A stretch of DNA of 64,000 bases from the human T2T-CHM13v2.0 reference genome, Homo sapiens. How positions within the stretch are numbered: position 1 is the first letter of the stretch; each line of letters opens with the position of its first letter. Location: the NCBI RefSeq assembly GCF_009914755.1, contig NC_060928.1, one strand, 5' to 3'. The position numbers and the translations under genes were made by a program. This document shows, piece by piece, positions 27,686 through 47,260 of the stretch. Below the pieces are notes generated by a model, which was not told the origin of the DNA, did not search any database, and saw nothing but the letters and a program-made list of their open reading frames with translations.

Positions 27686-28419
27686 GAAACAAGATGTGGG
27701 GCTGCCATATGCAATACCGTGGATTCCACGGATCTTTTACTCTGGAGGCAAATATTATCTTTGCTGAAGCCAGGCCAACCTGACACAAAGACCTTTTGGT
27801 TTTTAAATGTGACTGTGTTTTATTTTAGAATGTGTAATTCACTTTAGAAGGGCAAAGTACCTGTCTGGGGAAGACTATTTAATTTCCTGCATTTATTTAG
27901 AATGTTGGCTGATGTTATTATGAAGGGAAACAGCTCTAACAACTGAGAGCCCCCCACATAGACACAGCTCATGAGTTCACAAGGCAAAGGAATTGAACAG
28001 CAGCCTCCTAATAGCCGGCCTTCTTTGTGATGTGGAAATAATTATCAGCATGTAAAAGACTATATATATATTCAACAATTCTGATCCCCTGCAAAATTCA
28101 AATCTACAACTGATTTGCTTCCTGGGCTCCTGAAAACAACTTTGTCAAAATTGTTCAGAAATATAATCAGCCAATCGTTGCCCCTTGGGGACGCAGGATA
28201 AAGCAAGTCAGCCATGACCAATGAGGAGTCGGCCGTGCACAATTACATGCAGACCTGCAGGACATCGAGTCTCTGCTATGGTCCCTCCCAAGTCAGACCC
28301 CCATTGCCTGGGCTGCAGCCAGAAGCATTCAGGCACAAGTGCATTCAACAAATACTTATTTAATTGTATTGGTGGTTAGAGGGTTGCGATTGATTAAGGT
28401 ACATTAATGGATCAATGTC

Positions 28420-28815
28420 TTCCCTGTATCCAAGACTCTGTCATTTGTCTCTGCAGTTCCTCCCACTGAAGAATCGGAGTATATTTCTCCAGTCCCTAAT
28501 GTTGGGTTTTGAATTGTGTCTAGCTCTGGCCACTGGAATATTAATCTGTATGACCAAAAACTTGGAAAGTGTGCATTCATTTGTGCTCGCTCACTCCTGC
28601 TATCACCATGAGAACAAACCCAGTCCAGACTGCTGCTTCCAGCAGAAGATAAGAGACACCAAGAGCAAAGTCGAGCTTCCCAGACATGCTCATGCTAGAT
28701 TGACTAATCCTCAGTTGACCCATAGATCCATGAAAATAAACGATTGTTGTATTAAGCCACTGAGATTTGGAGTGACTTGTTATGCAGCATTTTGTGACAA
28801 CAACTAACTGATACA
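28420..28815 (+). mobile_element. MLT1-type LTR
   Basis: End motif TTGTATTAAGCCACTGAGATTTGG..TGTTATGCAGCA..AACTGATACA. Confidence 0.6.
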
Positions 28816-28991
28816 AGGGTCACTGTCCTTTATCTCTGTAGATTTTAACCAATTTTTAATAGCTAGATGGAGATCTTCTAGTTGCCTTTATTTATAATGA
28901 ATATGACTGTAGAGCTAGTTTGGCCTGACACTACCAGTAACCTACCCAGAAATTCAGAAATACTTTCTTCTCCAACCCGCCCCAACCAACC

Positions 28992-29289
28992 TTTTTTTGT
29001 TTGTTTGTTTTTGGGTTCTCCCTCTTTGCCTAGGCTAGAGTACAAATGGTACAGTCAGAGCTCACTGTAACCTCAAAATCCTGGGCTCAAGTGATCTTCC
29101 CCTTCAGCCTCCTATGTAGCTAAGACTACAGACATGTGCCATCATGCCTGGCTAATTTTTTTATTCTTTGCAGAGAGAGGGTCTCACTATATTGCCCAAG
29201 TTGGTTTCAAACTCCTGGCCTCAAGCAGTCCTCCTGCCTCACCCTTCCAAAGTGCTAGGATTATAGGCATGAGCCACCACACCCAGCCT
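28992..29289 (-). mobile_element. AluJ-type element
   Basis: Diverged antisense Alu. Confidence 0.8.
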
Positions 29290-30242
29290 CCTCTTCTTTT
29301 TAAATAGAAACCTTATTTTATTCTGACAGTGGGTTGTTTTCTTTTTTTTTTTTTTAAGAAAAAGTTGGCCCAGCCCCAGGGAATAAATTTTGACTGCTCT
29401 AAACAGGGTTGGCCAACTACAGACCAAGGGCCAAATCTGGCCCTCTGACTATAAATTAAGTTTTACTGGAATAAAACCAGGTCCATTGATTTATCCATTG
29501 TCTACATACACTTTTAGGCTACGATGGCACCACTGCGTCACTACAACAGAGGTTATCTAGGCCAAAAGCCTAAAATATTACCATTTGCCTCTTTATGGAA
29601 AAAGTTTGCCATTCCCTAGTCTAAGGCTTAGATTCTGAGCTTATCATTTTAGCCTACCCCCCCTTACCAGTGACTGGCTCAAAACAAGTCTGTGATTCCA
29701 TTCTGACTGTTCTACTGAGGGAATTCCCCCTTCTTCTCATGCGGAGCTGATGAGGGTAAGTTGTATTAATAGGACATAGGCTTAGGTTTTCTGAAAAATA
29801 CTTTTATCTAGAAATGCATAGGAATATGCTGGTGCCTGAATGTACCATCTGGGGGCCTGGAGATTGACTCACCTGCCTCCAGAGCTAGTGCTCACACTTA
29901 CTACTGAGAGGCCTGAGGAAACGCCTCCCTTCCCACCACCAGAACCTGCATACATCACCTGGAAAACTAGAGATCAGCCTGCCACACACACTACCCAGGA
30001 GCCCAGTGGTGCACCTGCCCACCTGGCCCAGTGCTGCCACTGCCAGCAACCAAAGAAGCCACCTGGAGGCCCAGGGATTGGCCCACGCAGACAGGCTATC
30101 ATCAGTGTCCACAAACACTGCCCATGGTCCCTTGTATTGACACACCAGGTCTACCACCACTACCACTGATGGTGAAGGACAAGACTTCCTGGCATCCCCA
30201 TCAGCAAAGTCTCACCACAGCCTCCAATAACAACTACAGTCT

Positions 30243-30746
<504 letters not shown>

Positions 30747-32021
30747 TTATGTCAGAGGCACAGACAGTCACATAAGGATGCAAGAAATATGAAAAAGGAA
30801 ACATAACATCTCCAAAGAAGCACAATAATTCTCCAGCAACAGATCCAATGAAAATAAAATCTATGAAATGCCTGAAAAAATTTCAGAATAATGTTATTAA
30901 AGAAACTCAGGCAGATACAAGAGAACACAGATAATGAATTCTAAAAAAAAAAAACACAGGAAAACAATTCATGATCTGAATGACAAATTCAACAGAGATA
31001 GACAGCATAACAAAGAACAAAACACAAATCCTGGAAGAGAATAAATCATTGAAATAAATACAAAAGATAATTGACAGCTTTAACAATAGACTAGATCAAG
31101 CAAAACAAAGAATTTCTGAACCTGAAGACTAGTCTTTTAAAATAATCCAGTCAGACAAAAAGAAAGAAAAAAGAATGAAGCAAGGCTACATGACATATGG
31201 GACACGTATGTGACCAAAAACTGAAATTCTGGGAGTTCTGGATGGAGATGAGATGGGTAAAGGCATAGAAAACCTATTTAATGAAATAATAACTGAAAAC
31301 TTCCTGAATGCTTCCAAATGCAGGAAGCTCAAAGATTACCAAATAAATACAACTCAAAAAGGTCTTCTCCAAGGCACATTATGGTAAAATTGTCAAAAGA
31401 CAAAGAGAAAATGCTAAAAACAGCAAGAGAAAGGCATCAAATCACTTATAAGAGAATCTCCATCAGGCTAACAGGGGATTTATCAGCAGAAACCTTAGAC
31501 TAGGAGAAAGGGGATGTATAGTACAAGTAAAAAAAAAATAATAAAAAAAAAGTAAGCCAAAAATACTATACCCAGCAAAGCTATCCTTCACAAATGAAGG
31601 AGCCTGGCACAGTGGCTCACATCTGCAATTCCAGAGACTCAGAAGGCTGAGGCAGGAGGACCATTTGATCCCAGGAGTTCAAGGCTGCAGTGAGCTATGA
31701 TCATGCCACTGTACTCCAGCCTGGGTGACAGAGTGAGACTCCATTGCTAAAAAAAAATAGTAATAATAAAAGAGAAAAAAGGATTTCCCAGATAAGCAAA
31801 AGACTGTTTGTTTGTGTCTTGTTTGTTGTGGTCCTACAAGAAATGTTTAAGGGAGTCCTACATTGGGAAGCAAAAGAACAATATCTACCATCATGAAAAT
31901 ACCTGAAAGTATAAAACTCACTGGTAGTTCAGACACACAAAGAAGAAAGGATTCAAACATCATCACTAAAGAAAACCATCAAACTGCAACCATAAATAAT
32001 GAGAGAAAAAAGGAACAAAGG

Positions 32022-34335
32022 TGTATTAGTCTGTTTTCACACTGCTGATAAAGACATACCTGACTGAGACTGGGCAATTTACAAAAGAAAGAGGTTTAAT
32101 GGACTTACACCTCCTCATAGCTGAGGAAGCCTAAGAATCACGTTGGAAGGCAAGAAGAAGCAAGTCATGTCTCACATGGATGGCAGCAATCAAAGATAGA
32201 GCTTCTGCAGAGAAACTACCCTTTTCAAAACCATCAGACCTTGTGAGACGTATTCACTATCATGAGAACAGCATGGGAAAGACCTGCCCCCATGACTCAA
32301 TTATTTCCCACCAGGTCCCTCCCACAACATGTGGGAATTCAAGATGACACTTGGATGGGGACACAACCAAACCATATCATTCTGCCCCTGGCCCTTCCCA
32401 AATCTCATATCCTCACATTTCAAAACCAATCATGCCTTCCCAACAGTACCCCAAAGTCTTAACTAAGTTCAGCATTAACTCAAAAGTCCACAGTCCAAAG
32501 TCTCATGTGAGACAAGGCAAATCCCTTCTGCCTATGAGCATGTAAAATCAAAAACAAGTTAGTTACTTCCTAGATACAATGGGGGTATAGGCATTGGGTA
32601 AACACAGTCATTCCAAATGGCAGAAAATTGCCCAAACAAAGGGGCTACAGGACCCATGCAAGCCCAAAATCCAGTGGGGCAGTGAAATCTCAAAGCTCCA
32701 AGATGATCTCCTTTGACTCCATGTCTCACATGCAGGTCATGCTGATGTAAGAGGTGGGCTCCCATGGCCTTGGGAGAAAAAAGGCCACAGCTCCACTCCT
32801 GTGGCTTTGTATGGTTTAAACCCCCTCCTGGCTCCTTTCACACGTTGGCATTGAGTGTCTGCAGCTTTTCCAGGCACACAGTGCAAGCTGTCAGTGAATC
32901 CACCATTCTGGGGTCTGGAGGATGGTGGCCCTCTTCTCACAGCTCCACTAGGTGGTGCTGCAGTAGGGACTCTATGTGGGGGCTCCGACCCCACATTTCC
33001 CTTCTGCAGTGCCCTAGTAGAGGTTCTCCATGAGTGCCCTGCCCCTGCAGCAAACTCCTGCCTGGATATCTAGGCATTTCCATACACCTTCTGAAATCTA
33101 GGCAGCAGTTCCCAAACCTCAATTTTTGACTTCTGTGCACCCACAGGCTCAACCCTATGTGGAAGCTGCTAAGGCTTGGGGCTTGCACCCTCTGAAGCCA
33201 CAGCCCACGTTGTACCTTGGCTCCTTTTAGCTGCAGCTGGAGTGGCTAGGACTCAGGCACCCTAGGCTGCTCACAACAGGGGTCCCTGGGTCCAGCCCAC
33301 AAAACCATCTTTTCTTCCTAGGCCTCTGGACCTTTGATGGGAGGGGCTGCCATGAAGACCTGTGACATGCCCTGGAGACATTTTCCCCATTGTCTTGGGG
33401 ATTCACATTTGACTCCTCGTTACTTAAACAAACTTCTGCAGCCAGATCGAATTTTTCTTGAGAAAATGGGATTTTCTTTTCTATTGCATTGTCAGGCTGC
33501 AGATTTTCCAAACTTTCATGCTCTGCTTCCCTTATAAAACTGAAGGCCTTTAACAGCACCCAAGTCATCTCTTGAATGCTTTGCTGCTTAGAAATTTCTT
33601 CTATCAGATACCCTAAATCTCAAGTTCAAGTACCCTATCAGATACCCTAAATCTCTCAAGTTCAAAATTCCACAAATCTCTACAGCAGGGGCAAAAAGCC
33701 ACCAGTCTCTTTGCTAAAACATAACAGGAGTCACCATTGTGCCAGCTGCTAACAAGTTCCTCATTTCCATCTGAGACAACCTCATCCTAGACTTTATTGT
33801 CCATATAACCATCAGCATTTTGGGCAAGTCTCTAGGAAATCTCTTCCAAATTTTCCCACATTTTCCTGTCTCCTTCTGAGCCCTCCAAACTGTTCCAACC
33901 TCTGCCTGTTTCCCAGTTCCAAAGTCACTTTCACATATTCAGGTATCTTTTAGCAACAGCCCACTTATCGTACTAATTTACTGTATTAGTCCATTTTCAC
34001 ACAGCTGATAAAGACACATTCAAGACTGGGAAATTTACAAAAGAAAGAGGTTTAATGGACTTACAGTTCTACATTGCTGGGGAGGCTTCAAAATCATTGT
34101 GGAAGTCAAGGAGAGGCAAATCACATCTTACAGGGATGGCAGCAGGCAAAGAGAGAGCTTGAGCAGGGAAACTCCTCCTTTTAAAACCATCAGATCTCAT
34201 GAGACTTATTCACTATTAAAAGAATAGCATGGGAAATACCTGCCTCCATGATTCAACTACTTCCCACTGGCTCCCTCCCACAACACATGGGAATTCAAGA
34301 TGAGATCTGAGTGGGGACACAGCCAAACCATATCA
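32022..34335 (-). mobile_element. Full-length THE1 MaLR (LTR 32022-32379, internal region, LTR 33982-34335)
   Basis: Both LTRs read TGTATTAGTC...CCAAACCATATCA on +; perfect 5-bp TSD AAAGG at 32017-32021 and 34336-34340. Confidence 0.92.
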
Positions 34336-36499
34336 AAAGGATATACAAAATAAACATAAAACAATGAACAAAATGACAGGTATAAGTCCTCACCTATCAA
34401 TAATAACTTCGAATATGGGTTAAATTACCTACCTAAAGGATAGAGACAGGCTTAATGGATAAAAAATGACCCAACAACGTCTACAAGAAACTCACTTCAC
34501 TTGTAAAGACACACACAGACTGAAAGTGAAGGGATGGAAAAATATATACCACACAAACAGAAATCAAAAATAATCAGGAGTAGCTAAACTTACATCAGAT
34601 AAAACAGACTTTAAGTCAAAAGCTGTAAAAAGGACAAAGAAGGTCATTATATGGTAATAAAGTGATCAATTCAGCAACAAAGTATAACAATTCCAAATAT
34701 GCATGCAACCAACACAAGCGCATCCAGAGACTTATAGCAAATATTATTAAATCTACATGGAGAGATAGAGTCCAACACAATGATAGTTGAGAACTTCAAT
34801 ATCCTACTGTCAGCATTGGACAGTTCATCTAGACATAAAAGCAACAAAGAAACATTAGATTTAAGCTGCACTTTAGACCAAATGGACCTAACAGATATTT
34901 TCAGAATATTTCATCCAGCAGCAGCAGAATATACAATCATCTCATCAACACATGGAACATTCTCCAGGATAGACCATATGTTAGGACACAGAACAAGGCT
35001 GCACAAAATTTTAAAAATTAAAATCATATCAAGTATCTTCTCAGACCACAATGGAATAAAACTTGAAATCAATAAGAAGAAATTTGGAAACTGTACAAAT
35101 ACATGGACATTAAACATGCTATTGAATAATCATTGGGTCAATGAAGAAATTAAGATGGACATCAAAATTTTTTTTTAAACAGAAAATGGAAACACATTTT
35201 GCAAAACCTATGGGATACAGCAAAAGCAGTACTAGGAGGAAAGTTTATAGCAATAAATGCCTACACCAAAAAAGTAGAAAGATTTCAAATAAACAACCTA
35301 ATGATGCATCTCAAGGAACTCAAAAAGCAAGAACAAATCAAACACACAATTAGTGGAAAGAAAAAATATAAATAACATAGCAGAACCAAATGCAACAGAG
35401 ACAAAAAAGAAATGCAAACAATCAACAAGATAAAAGTTGGTTTTTTGAAAAGTTAAACAAAATTGATAAACGACTAGTGAGGCTAACAACAACAAAAAAA
35501 GAGACCCAAATAAATACAATCAGAAATGAAAAAGGAGACATTACAACTGTTACCAAAGAAATAAAAAGGATCATTAGAGGCTATTATGAACAACCATATG
35601 CTAACAAATTGGAAAACCTAGAGGAAAGGGATAAATTCCCAGACATACACAGCCTACCAAGATTGAACTAGGAAGAAACAGAAAACCTGAACTGACCCAA
35701 AATGAATAGCAGGTTTGAATCAGTAACAAAAAGTCTCCCAAAAGAGAAAAGCCCTAGACTAGGCTTTTATGCTGATTTCTACCCAATTTATAAAGAAAAA
35801 CAAACACCAATTCTTCTCAAACTATTCCCAAAAATTGAAGAGGAAGGAATTCTTCCTAACTCATTGTATAAGACCAGCATTACCCTGATATCCAATCAAG
35901 ACAAGGACACAACAAAAGGAGAAAACTACAGGCCAATATTCCTAATGAACATAGATGGTAAAATTCTCAGCATAATACTACCAAGTCAAATGTAATGATG
36001 AATGAAAAAGATAATATACCATGATCAAGTGGGATTTATCCCAGGAATGCAAAGATGGCTCAACATACACAAATCAATACATGTGATACATCACATCAAC
36101 AAGATGAAAGGCAAAAACTGTCTGATCATCTCAGCAGATACAGAAAAATCACTCAGTAAAACTTACCATTCCTTCATGATGAAAACTCTCAACAAATTAT
36201 GCATAGAAGGAACACTTCAACCTAAGAAAAGGCATATATGACAAATCTACGGCTAACATCCTACTCACTGGGAAAAATTGAAAAGCCTTTCCTCTAAGAA
36301 CTGGAACAAGAGAAGGATGCCCACTTTCACCACTCTTATTCAACACAGTATGGGACATCCAAGCCAAAGTGATCAGACAAGGTAAAGAAATAAAAGGCAC
36401 CCAAATGGACAAAAGGAAGACACATTGTCTCACTTTGCAAATGACATAATCTTATACCTGTAAACAGAAAAACCTAAAGACTCTACCAAAAAACTCTTA

Positions 36500-36835
<336 letters not shown>

Positions 36836-37307
36836 TCAGTAAAGCTTCAGGACACAAAATCAACGTACAAAAATCAGTAATGTTTCTATATACCAGTAAC
36901 AAACTAGCTAAAATAGAAATCAAGGAAGAAATTCTATTTACAATAGCTACAAAAATAAAATACCTAGGAATAAACTTAACCAAGGATGAGGAAAAAAAAA
37001 AAAGAAAACCTCTACAATGAAAACCACAAAACACTGATAAAATAAATTGAGAAGGACACAAACAAATGGAAAGGCATCTTATGCTCGTGGGTTGGAATAA
37101 CTAATACTGTTAAAATGACCATACTACCCGAAGCAATCTAGAGATTCAGTATAATCCCTATCAATTATATTCTTCACAGAAACAGGAAAAAAAAACCCTG
37201 AAATTCATATGGAACCACAGAAGACCCCAAATAGCCAAAGCAATACTGAGCAAAAAGAACAAAGCTAGAAGCCTCACACTACCTGATTTAAAAATATACT
37301 GCAAAGA

Positions 37308-38785
<1,478 letters not shown>

Positions 38786-40314
38786 TGCAAAGCTATAGTA
38801 ACCAAAACAGCGTGTATTGGTATTAAAACAGACACAAAAACAAAGGAAACAGACTAAAGAATCCAGAAATGAATCCACATATTTACAGCTAACTGATTTT
38901 CAAGAAAGCTGTCAAGAACATACATTGAATAAAGGACACCCTCTTCATTAAATGGTGCCAGGAAAACTAGATATCCAAACACAGAAGAATAAAACTAGAC
39001 CCTTATCTCTCATCACTTACAAAAATAAACTCAAAATAAATTAAAGACTTAAATGTAACAGCCACAACTATAAAACTACTAGAAGTAAACACAGGAGAAA
39101 CGCTTGAGAACAAAGATTGTATGGCTAACACTTAAAAAGTACAAGCAACAAAAACAGACAAATGGGATTATATTAAACTAAATACCTTCCGCATATCAAA
39201 GAAAACAATCAACAGAGTGAAAAGACAACACCCCTCCCTTACGCCATACACAAAAATTAACTCAAGATGGCTTACAGACTTAAATGTAAAACCCATAACT
39301 ATAAAAACGCTGAAGACAACCTAGGCAATACCATCCGGTACATAGTGATGGGCAAAGAGTTCATGGTGAAGATGCCAAATGCAATTGCCACAAAAGCAAA
39401 AATTGACAAATGGGATCTAATTAAATGAAAGAGCTTCTGCACAGCAAAAGAAACTATCAAAAAATAAGCAGACATTTCTCAAAAGAAAATATACAAATCA
39501 CCAAGTTTATGAAAAAATATTCAACATCACTAATCATCACGGAAATGCAAATCAAAACCACAGTGAGATATCATCTCACACTTGTTAGAATGGGTATTAA
39601 AAAGACAAAGCACAACAAATGCTGGCAAGCATGTGAAGAAAAGAAAATTATCGTATATTGTTGGTGGGAATGTAAATTAGTACAGCCATTATGAAAAAAA
39701 GTACAGAGATTTCTCAAAAAACTAAGAACAGATCTACCATATGATCCAGCAATCCCACTCCTGGGTATATATCCAAAAAAAGATATCAGTGTATCAACGG
39801 GATATCTGTACCCCCATATTTACTGCAGCACTCTTTACAATAGCCCAGATATGGAATCAATCTAAGTGTCAATCAATGGATGAATGGATAAAGAAAATGG
39901 GAATATACTCACAATAGAATAGTATTCAGCCATAAAAACGAATGAAATCCTGTCATTTTCAGCTAAATGGATGGAACTAAAGGTCATAATGTCAGGTGAA
40001 CTAGGCCATGCACAGAAAGAAAACTTGCATGTTCTCACTTATATGAGCGGTTTATGCTCCTGGAAATCAAAGCGGGGCCATATTTCAGGTCAGTAGGGTC
40101 AGGGATAGAGACCGCAGTTATGGACTTGTGTGCCCTGGAGCTATATAAAATTGATATCATGGAGATAAAGAGTAGAATGATAGTTGCCAGAGGCTAGGAA
40201 TAGGAGGGGTTTGAAAAGAGGTTGATTAATGGGTATAAAAATATATAATAGAAGGAATGAGATCTAGTGTTTATTATCACAGAAAGTGACTACAACAATT
40301 TATTGTATATTTCT

Positions 40315-42440
<2,126 letters not shown>

Positions 42441-43014
42441 ATTTATTGTGTATTTCTAAATAGCAATAAGATTTGAAATATTCCCAACACAAAGAAATGA
42501 TCAATGTTTGAGGTGATTAATATCCTAAAGACCCTGATTTGATCATTACACATTGCATGCATGTACCAGAATCTCACATGGACCCCATAAATGTGTACAA
42601 TTATTCTCTATCAAAAATATTTTTTTAAGAAACATGCAGGAATACACTGTACCTCTTCCTTGCTTTGTCTGGATATTGTCACATGAGGACTTGACATGCG
42701 GATTGTGGCAGCCTTTGTGACCTAGAGCAGAAGACAGTAGCAGCGTAGAAACCTCAAATGAAAAACCTAACATCTCAAGCTACTAATTTTGCCAACCTTG
42801 GCATCAGCTATCTCTGGTCTTAGTACATGAGGTGATAAGCCCCCACTGTTCAAGTTGGGTGGCCATCAATTGCTGCAGAATAGAAGTTAATGAGGCTTCC
42901 TCCTCCTGGATCTCCTATTAGACCTTGACATGCCCATTCAGTCACAGGCAGAAAGGGAAGCACAGGGTAAGGAGACCTGGCTGACTGTGCCAGATGCAGA
43001 TCTTACCTGTCCTG

Positions 43015-44933
43015 TTTAGAACACTCAAAGCTCAATTGGTTAAACAAAAAAAGGAAAAAGACAATAAGGAGTATAGCACTCCCCAGATGCAACTTAATCT
43101 AACACTCTATACTTTAGATTTTCTAGACATACTTAGAAATCAGACCACTACTTCTGCAGAACATTTTACTGGTAAAAAGAACAGACCACATGAGGGAAAA
43201 CTGATTTGGTGGAAAGACAACAGAAACAAAACATGGGAAATAGGTAAGGTGATAACATGGGGGAGAGGTTTTGCTTGTGTTTCACGAGGAGAAAATCAGC
43301 TTCCTGTTTGGATACCCACTAAACATTTGAAGTTCTACAATGAACCCATCAGAGATGCAAATGAAAGTGCCTCTACAGAGACAGAAAACCCGCAATCGAG
43401 CATCATCGACTCGCAGGGTGAACAAAATGGTGATATCAGAAGAACAGATGAAGTTACAATCCACCAAGGAAAAGGCACATGTGGAGAGTCAGGGAGAGGA
43501 AGAGAAAGAAAAAGAGACAGAGATCAGAGAGAGACACAGAAAGTGAGACTGGGGAGAGAGAGAGTGTAAAAGAGAGAGAGAGAGAGACCGTAAGAGAAGG
43601 GAGACAAAGAGATAAAAGGCGTGAGTCAGCAGGTGAGGAGAAAGACTGAAAACTATGAGAAACAGCAACTAAGACACAAAGGAGGTGGGAGACTGCCTTG
43701 GTGCCGCAGCACCCACACCGTCCTCTTGCCCCCGTCACTTGGGTTAAAACCACCGGAAATTCCACTATTGCAAATTTTGTATTAATCCTTGTATTTCTGT
43801 CCTTTCTATTTTTAGTCTACAGGTGAATCCAGCAGCTCCAGAGAGACAGCGACCAGCGAGAAGGGGCCATGATGATGGTGGTGGTTTTGTCAAAACGAAA
43901 AGGGGGATATGTAGGGAAAAGAAAGAGAGATCAGACTGTTACTGTGTCTACATAGAAAGGGAAGACATAAGAGACTCCATTTTGAAAAAGACCTGTACTT
44001 TCAACCATTGCTTTGCTGAGATGTTGTTAATCTGTAGCTTTGCCCCAGCCACTTTGCCCCAACCACTTTGACCCAATCTGGAGCTCATTAAAACATGTGT
44101 TGTATGAAATCAAGGTTTAAGACATGTAGGGCTGTGCAGGACGTGCCTTGTTAACCAAATGTTTGCAAGCAGTATACTTGGTAAAAGTCATCACCATTCT
44201 CTTGTCTCAATAAACCAGGGACACAATGCACTGTGGAAAGCCGCAGGGACCTCTGCCGTTGAAAGCTGGGTGTTGTTCAAAGTTTCTCCCCATGTGAGAG
44301 TCTGAAATATGGCCTCGTGGGATGAGAAAGACCTGACGGTCCCCAAGCCCGACACCTGTAAAAGGTCTGTGCTGAGGTGGATTAGCCAAAGAAGAAAGCC
44401 TCTTGCAGTTGAGAGAGAGGAAGGCCGCTGTCTCCTGCCTGCCCCTGGGAACTGAATGTCGCGGTATAAAACACGATTGTACATTTGTTCAATTCTGAGA
44501 TGGGAGAAAAACCGCCCTATGGTGGGAGGCGAGACATGTTTACAGCAATGCTGCCTTGTTATTCTTTACTCCACTGAGATGTTTGGGTGGAGAGAAACAT
44601 CAATCTGGCTTACATGCATGCCCAGTCATAGTACCTTCCCTTGAACTTCATTATGACATAGATTCTATTGCTCACATGTTTGTTGCTGACCTTCTCCTTA
44701 TTATCACCCTGACCTCCTACTACATTCCTTTTTGCTGAAATAATGAAGATAATAATAAAAACTGAGGGAACTCAGAGACCCGTGCCAGTGCAGGTCCTTG
44801 GTATGCTAAGCGCCGGTACCCTGGGCCCACTGCTGTTTCTCTATACTTTGTCTCTGTGTCTGATTTCTTTTCTGTCTCTCATCCCACCTGACAAGAAATA
44901 CCCACAGGTGTGGAGGGGCAGGCCACCCCTTCA
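43015..44933 (+). mobile_element. HERV-K(HML-2) 3' remnant: integrase end, env start, GA-rich substitution, env end, 3' LTR
   Basis: [32 protein letters not shown]; env ATG MNPSEMQ at 43340; rec/np9 acceptor-like TTTTAG|TCTACAG at 43815; PPT. Confidence 0.92.
43910..44933 (+). repeat. LTR5 (probably LTR5A; 1024 bp)
   Basis: TGTAGGGAAAAGAAAGAGAGATCAGA...GGCCACCCCTTCA; TATAAAA at ~44465, AATAAA at ~44754. Confidence 0.88.
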
Positions 44934-45869
44934 GTATGAGATTACAGGCATGAATAACCCCACCTGGCCACCTAACTCACTCTTGAGAGGCCAGAAGTGA
45001 TGCTGGAACTTTCTTCCTCTGTGGGTTAAAAAGGGAAAATTAGGGACAACACAAGGCAGGAGGGATGCAGCGATGGATATGTCTATATGGAGCTTCTGTC
45101 TGCATCCAGTAGAAAATGCATTTCTAGGCACCAGGTTTAAGAGCGAAAACCTGGAGTCTTGTCTGTTAGCATTCTCCTTCCCCACAAACCAGAGAGGGAA
45201 TACATTTGCTCCAGCACACCCGTATGTAGGAAATGTCACATTCCTATTTCTGTAACTTCAGTTAAATCTGCTGTGAGTCCCTGGATGCCTGGCAGGTGGA
45301 GAATTCAATCTTGTCGTTACCAGCATTCCTTTCCCTTCTCCATGGGCTTATGTAAGAATTCTGGGCTTACACACTGTTGGAAAGCCAGGAAGGAACTACA
45401 TCCCCCGAACTCTCCATTCTTCCAGCTGCTCATGATCCGTCAACGGTCTTTGGGCCATCTGCTATAGCAAGACCCTCCTCACAGTGGATATCAGGGGCTG
45501 GGGTGGAAACGTAGGGGATAGGAGACACTGGTCAAAGGGTACAAAGTTTCCAGTAGGAAGAATAAGTTTTGAACAAGCTAAACTCCTCTGAAAGCTCAGT
45601 TCCTTATCTGTAGAGCAGGGACACATCATTAACCTTCTAAGGATGTTGCTGTGAGAGTAAAAGATGAGGTTCAGCACAATACCTAAAGCACAGTCAGGTC
45701 TCCTTAAGCTTGAACCTGCATCGCCATGAGCTCTACATCTCAGGACAGAAAGGCTCACAGCCAGTTTCTCAGTTCCCAGTGAGAAGTGGATCCCAGACCA
45801 GGCTGAACCGCAGGATCCCCAGGGGATACCCAGCCCTACTGAGTCAGAATCACTGGAGGTAGAGCCTGG

Positions 45870-45884
45870 GTATGTATGTATGTA

Positions 45885-45919
<35 letters not shown>

Positions 45920-45920
45920 A
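45870..45920. repeat. (TATG)n/(TG)n microsatellite at an Alu tail
   Basis: Direct reading. Confidence 0.9.
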
Positions 45921-46041
45921 AGAGACAGGGTCTTGCTCTGCAGTCCAGGCTGGAGTGCAGTGTCACAATCATAGTTCACTGCAGCTTCAAATTACTCCTG
46001 GCCTCAATTCATTCTCCCATCTCAGCCTTCAGAGTAGCTGA

Positions 46042-47260
<1,219 letters not shown>

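Noticed and set aside
28415-28807. 130-aa ORF with a hydrophobic segment
   Set aside because: Lies wholly within an MLT1-like LTR; no recognisable protein family.
42994-43569. 191-aa integrase-like CDS
   Set aside because: Only the IN C-terminal part without the catalytic core, started by a flanking ATG and ending in GA-rich filler.
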